Positions 59,685 to 64,000 of a DNA stretch of 64,000 bases are shown here, piece by piece. The number at the start of each line of letters is the position of its first letter. Positions within the stretch are counted from its first letter, which is position 1. The notes under the pieces were generated by a model. The model saw only the letters and a program-made list of their open reading frames with translations. It searched no databases and was not told where the DNA came from. The DNA is from Amphiscolops sp. MND2022 (lineage: Eukaryota): assembly GCA_964187785.1 (NCBI GenBank), contig OZ076410.1:20708001-20772000 (forward strand), written 5' to 3'. The position numbers and the translations under genes were made by a program.

Positions 59685-62510
59685 TCAGAAGAAAATAGAA
59701 ACTACATTACTATCACCCGCTATATACAAATCTCTTAAAACCCTGAGATAGCTTACAGCTTGCTTGCTAGTCATTTTTGTTAGATTTTCAGGAATTAAGT
59801 TGAATGTTTTCAGCCAGTTATGACCTTTAGTCAACACATTCTGTATCGATTTTGATTTTGCAACCGTTCTGCAGTAGCTTGTTTGTAAATGTCCTTTACG
59901 AGCGCTTCGTGTGTCATATTTATTTACAAATCCCTTATTCAAAAAAATGACCGGCGATTCAGACCGTAATTGGTAGAAAACTTCGCGAAAAATTTCATTG
60001 ACATACAATTCAAACACAGTTAAAATTTGTTTTCTTTCAAAAATGTCTTTTATGCTGTCATACTTTTTTCGGAAAAAAATAGCTCTGATTATTCTACGTT
60101 GAGCCATTTCTATTTCTTCAAGATTGGATTTGCAGGCACTATCATAAACTAGTAACCCATAAGTAATTACTGATTTTGCGTAAGATTCGTAAAACGTAAG
60201 TAGGCATTTAATCGGGTACAAATCTCGTATGCGATAAATTAATCCGCAAAACTTGTTCAGTTTCTTCGATACATATTTGATGTGTTCTCTAAAAGTCAAT
60301 TTAGAATCAATGTAAAGTCCAAGACATTTGCAATGCGTTTTCATACCCACGTTTTCATTTAAAATAGTAAGATGTTTCGATATGCCGCAGCCAAAGTGCA
60401 TGCTTTCACATTTTGAAGTGTTAACACTTAGTTTGTTGAATGAAAACCAGTCAATCACTCTATCCAAATCATCTTGAAGATTAAGGTTGTTCCTTCCCGA
60501 AGATTTCAGTATAGAAGTGTCATCAGCAAACATGGCATTTTCATTTTTACAAAATGCAGGTAAGTCATTAACATAAATTAGGAATAAGAGTGGTCCCAAT
60601 ATGGATCCTTGCGGCACACCGGTTGTTATCGGCAATTTACAACTTTTCTTGCAATGAGATGAAACATATTGACATCTGTTTCTCAAATAGTCGACTAGAA
60701 TTTCATGTATCGGTCCTCGGAAGCCGTAATTGAACAGTTTTTCCAGTAGGATTTCATGATTCAATGAATCAAATGCTTTTTGCAAATCTATGAAACACGC
60801 TTGGCCAGTACGTTTTCTGTCAATTTCATTTCTCATATATTCCGTCAAAGTACTTATTGCGTGTACGCAAGAATGTTTTGACCGAAAACCAAATTGTTCT
60901 GGAGACAAAAGTTTGTTCTTATTTACGAAGTTAATCATTCTTTTGTGGAGAAGTTTCTCAAAAACTTTGCTTAAGGAGCTTTGCAAACTAATTGGTCTAT
61001 AATTTTCCGGGTTTTTCCGGTCACCCTTTTTATATAAAGGAATCACCTTTGCTAGTTTCAAAGTATCTGGAAATTTTCGCTGAAATATACAGTCCTTGAA
61101 TGCAATAGCAAGGTATTTCTCTATGATTGGCGAACAACATTTCAATATCTCGTTGCTAATGCCATCGTGACCTGAGCTTTTTTTGTTTTTCATCAATTTA
61201 ATTATTTTTGCCACTTCAAGATCATCAGTTCCGCATATTACCATGGACTTTGACGACCTCTCCGTTCTAAACGTACGCTTAGTAGGGGGTACATTCGCAG
61301 CTAGGAATTGCCCTACATTGGTAAAGAATTTATTCAAGATATCGGGATCAGGAACTATTGAGTTTTCTTCACCTGTTCTTGTATGACATTTCAAAGTTCT
61401 GTACAGTATTTTACTACTTGGATTCTCTCCTAATTTTTGGAAGTTCGCCTCACGCTTTGCTTGTTTAATGAGTTTAGTGACAATATTCCTTTGCATATTG
61501 TATTGTTCTCTATTATGAGTGTTATTATCGCTGATCCACAATTTAAACAATTTATTTCGTTTAATAATGGCGTTTTTCACTCTATTATTAATCCATTCAT
61601 TCGAATTACATTTTGGGTTATATTGTTTCTCCGGCGCAAATCTATCAACACATAGCATGATAGTTTTTGCAATGCTTTCCATGTTAAGTTCATTTGAGGT
61701 TAATAGTTTCTGTAATTTCTGATCGAGCAAAAACAGGAAGTTCAACGGCTTATCCCCTTTTAGATTTTTCAAATTTCTAGTGAGAACATTTGGTTTTTGT
61801 TGCTCTGCTATGGATGAAACGGGAATTTCTCCAATTACAGTAAAGTGATCGCTTATTGTCGTACTGATGGTCATAGTATTTATTGGGTAACTCGTTATTA
61901 TATGGTCCAAACAGGTTGCTGTGGTTGGTGTTACTCTAGTTGGTTCTGAATTTTGACGCTCAAAGTCATATGCCCTCAAAACATTTTCATATACGGTTTT
62001 AAACTTCGATTCCTTAATTGTGTCAATATTAAAATCGCCAAAAATGACTGTATCATGCTTTAATGTACGCAAAAAGTTCAAAAGATCCTCGAATTCTGGC
62101 ATAAAAGTTTTCAGCTTTTTGCTATCTGGTCGGTATACTACGCAAAAGTTTCGAAATGTTTCAAAGTCAATACATACATTGATGATTGCGCATTCGATTC
62201 CCGTTTCATATTCAATTGGTTTGTATGTTAGTCCTTCTTTAACGTAAAAGCCTACACCCCCTTTTAGTTGTCCCGTAGTTCTTATTTTGGATTCGATGGG
62301 TTGATATCCGTCTAAATTCAACGTCGAGGTATTATCATTTTCAGTGAGCCACGTTTCTGTCAACGCTATGAATGATGGTTTAGAGTTAAAACTATCTTAC
62401 TCAACTAAGAATTCGTCACGATGGCATCTCAATGACTGTATATTCAACCCAAGCATTATAATACTTTTGGCATTGGATGCGACTGGCGGTTGGTTCATAT
62501 GTTGAGTCAT
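59685..62510 (-). CDS. LINE ORF2 (APE endonuclease + RT), one premature TAA at 62397-62399
   Basis: LNIQSL...IALTETWL, GDFNID, CLDHI (APE); QFGFR, FIDLQKAFDS, GVPQGSILGPLLF, FADDT (RT). The likely ATG at 62510 is in frame with the 892-aa ORF. Confidence 0.9.
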
Positions 62511-62547
62511 TATCAATTGACTAGACTCAGTGAAATGGTGTAACAGT

Positions 62548-63449
62548 CTAGTCCTTGTTTATTTGCAGGCCCTCGTCCCCACTGCACGACCCATTGTTTC
62601 CAGGCACTTCTTGATGATCGACAGCATTCTGTTTACTGAGAGGAGAATCTGATACAAGACCTCGCACAAAATCGGCTAAGTCATTAACATTGTTCAGTCG
62701 TTTTTTGAGTTCGATCAGAGTGTCGTTTTCCATCGACTTTGGCGGAGATTCAACTCTGGACCTCTTTAGTGGAGGTTTTGCTTGATACTGTGGTGGTTGT
62801 TTCAACTGGCTCCTCTTTATTGAAATATGTTCAAGATCATCCAAATCTTTCATTGTATTAACTTTGACAAATTTTTCGTCACCATTGAACTGTTTTATTT
62901 TGATCATTGGCACTGAGTTGAGTGATGATGTTTCAATTTCACGTCTCTTAGCTTCAAAATAAACATCCATGTCAGTCTTAGACATCCGTTCAGAGACCCA
63001 TACCTTTCCACCATTTTTGGGATGCTTAAATCCGCGAAGAAGAGAATTTTTCTGAACCATACCTGTTGTTTGTGTTCATAATAATTAAACTTGATGACGA
63101 TTGGAGGCGGTTGGTTGAAATCTCTCACAGGGCCCAGTGGGTGGCATCCCTTGATATCTCTCGGCGTCAGGTCCATGTGGAATACCAATTTAAAGAAGAG
63201 AATCACATCGTGAAGTAAGCTGTTCTGGTAACCAATCGGCAAATTTTTTATAATTATGGTATCTTTGAATAAGTATCGCTCCAACTCATTTGATTTGGCC
63301 TCAAGGTAATTAACTCGTGATTTCAAATCATTAATTTCATTGCTTTTACACTGGATTTCTTGTGCCAAATGAAGCAAAATATCTTTAGTAGATTTGTCAA
63401 GTGTCAAGTTTTGTATGTTCAGTTCAATGTTCGAATCTTTCATTTCCAT
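62548..63449 (-). CDS. LINE ORF1 (coiled coil + RRM-like region), split by one frameshift at ~63047-63051
   Basis: Coiled coil NEINDLKSRVNYLEAK and IIIKNLP...PPPIVIKF. It continues in the adjacent frame (LLRGFKHPKNGGKVWVSERMSK) across an A5 run. Confidence 0.78.
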
Positions 63450-64000
63450 ATTTGGTCGATTTCAGTAGAGCGCTTTGCCTGTGTTGATGTTAACTAGACG
63501 CGACCATTCAGTTCAATGACGTACGTGTGTGTGACAATCAAAAAATACCAAGAATCTTTTTCTTAGAGTCAGGTTTTTGGGAATTTCTCTCCGCTATCGA
63601 TTTGTAAATTTCCTGCAATCGCCAATTGCTGTCAATGGAGTCTAACGTAACAGCTGTTACTGCAGTTCTATCCGCTACCCTTGTTGAACTTGCTTGTATT
63701 TTTGTTGTTTACTGTTTGCCAGCAACTTTTTTGTTTTTCTAAAACTCTTAGGGAATCTTCATGAGGAAAGATTTTCCTGTTGTATTTGACTTTTATAAAG
63801 CTGCTTGAAACATGCATACTGAATTTGGCTGCAATTTTAGGCCTTGAAGTTTTGCAGATTGCATTGTCAGGAAGCAAATAAGTTGCTATCAGTTTTACCT
63901 ACATTTTAATGCAAAATAATTTATATCAATGTAATAAACTGCAAGTTGGCGTCATTTTCAGCGATCTTTTTGAGAAGCAGCGATCACATCATTCGAGTAG

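Larger units (their letters stand above)
59493..63560 (-). mobile_element. Near full-length non-LTR retrotransposon (CR1/L2/Crack-group LINE)
   Basis: ORF1, then ORF2 (APE + RT), a short 3' UTR with a GAGGGCAGA...TCTGTCCCT stem, and an AAATAAATAAA tail at ~59493-59504. The 5' boundary is approximate. Confidence 0.9.

Overview
This is a repeat-dominated eukaryotic (metazoan-like, GT-AG intron) window with no bacterial-type genes, RNA genes or CRISPR arrays. The standout is a complete, apparently very young 15,346-bp Ty3/Gypsy LTR retrotransposon on the minus strand (8108-23453). It has two 1,200-bp LTRs with no difference I could find by eye, a GTTTC target-site duplication, PBS, PPT, an intact gag, and an intact pol reached by a likely -1 frameshift. 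Between pol and the 3' LTR it carries ~6.9 kb of extra DNA holding an ANTISENSE, intron-containing gene. The four downstream exons splice in phase into ~850 aa that look like a catalytically dead hAT-type DNA transposase with an N-terminal C2H2/BED-like zinc finger. In this element the gag ORF begins inside the LTR and reads through the PBS, and the whole element sits inside a CACTA/EnSpm-like MITE. Other mobile DNA: a full-length but mutated BEL/Pao element with a tandemly duplicated 3' LTR plus flank; a decayed Gypsy element whose 3' end was copied into its own 5' LTR; a nearly intact CR1/L2-group LINE; several Gypsy and LINE relics; and MITE, foldback and DINE-1-like repeats. Host genes are limited to minus-strand exons of trypsin-fold serine-protease homologs with substituted catalytic residues. 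Family assignments come from motif recognition by eye and need HMM/BLAST confirmation.
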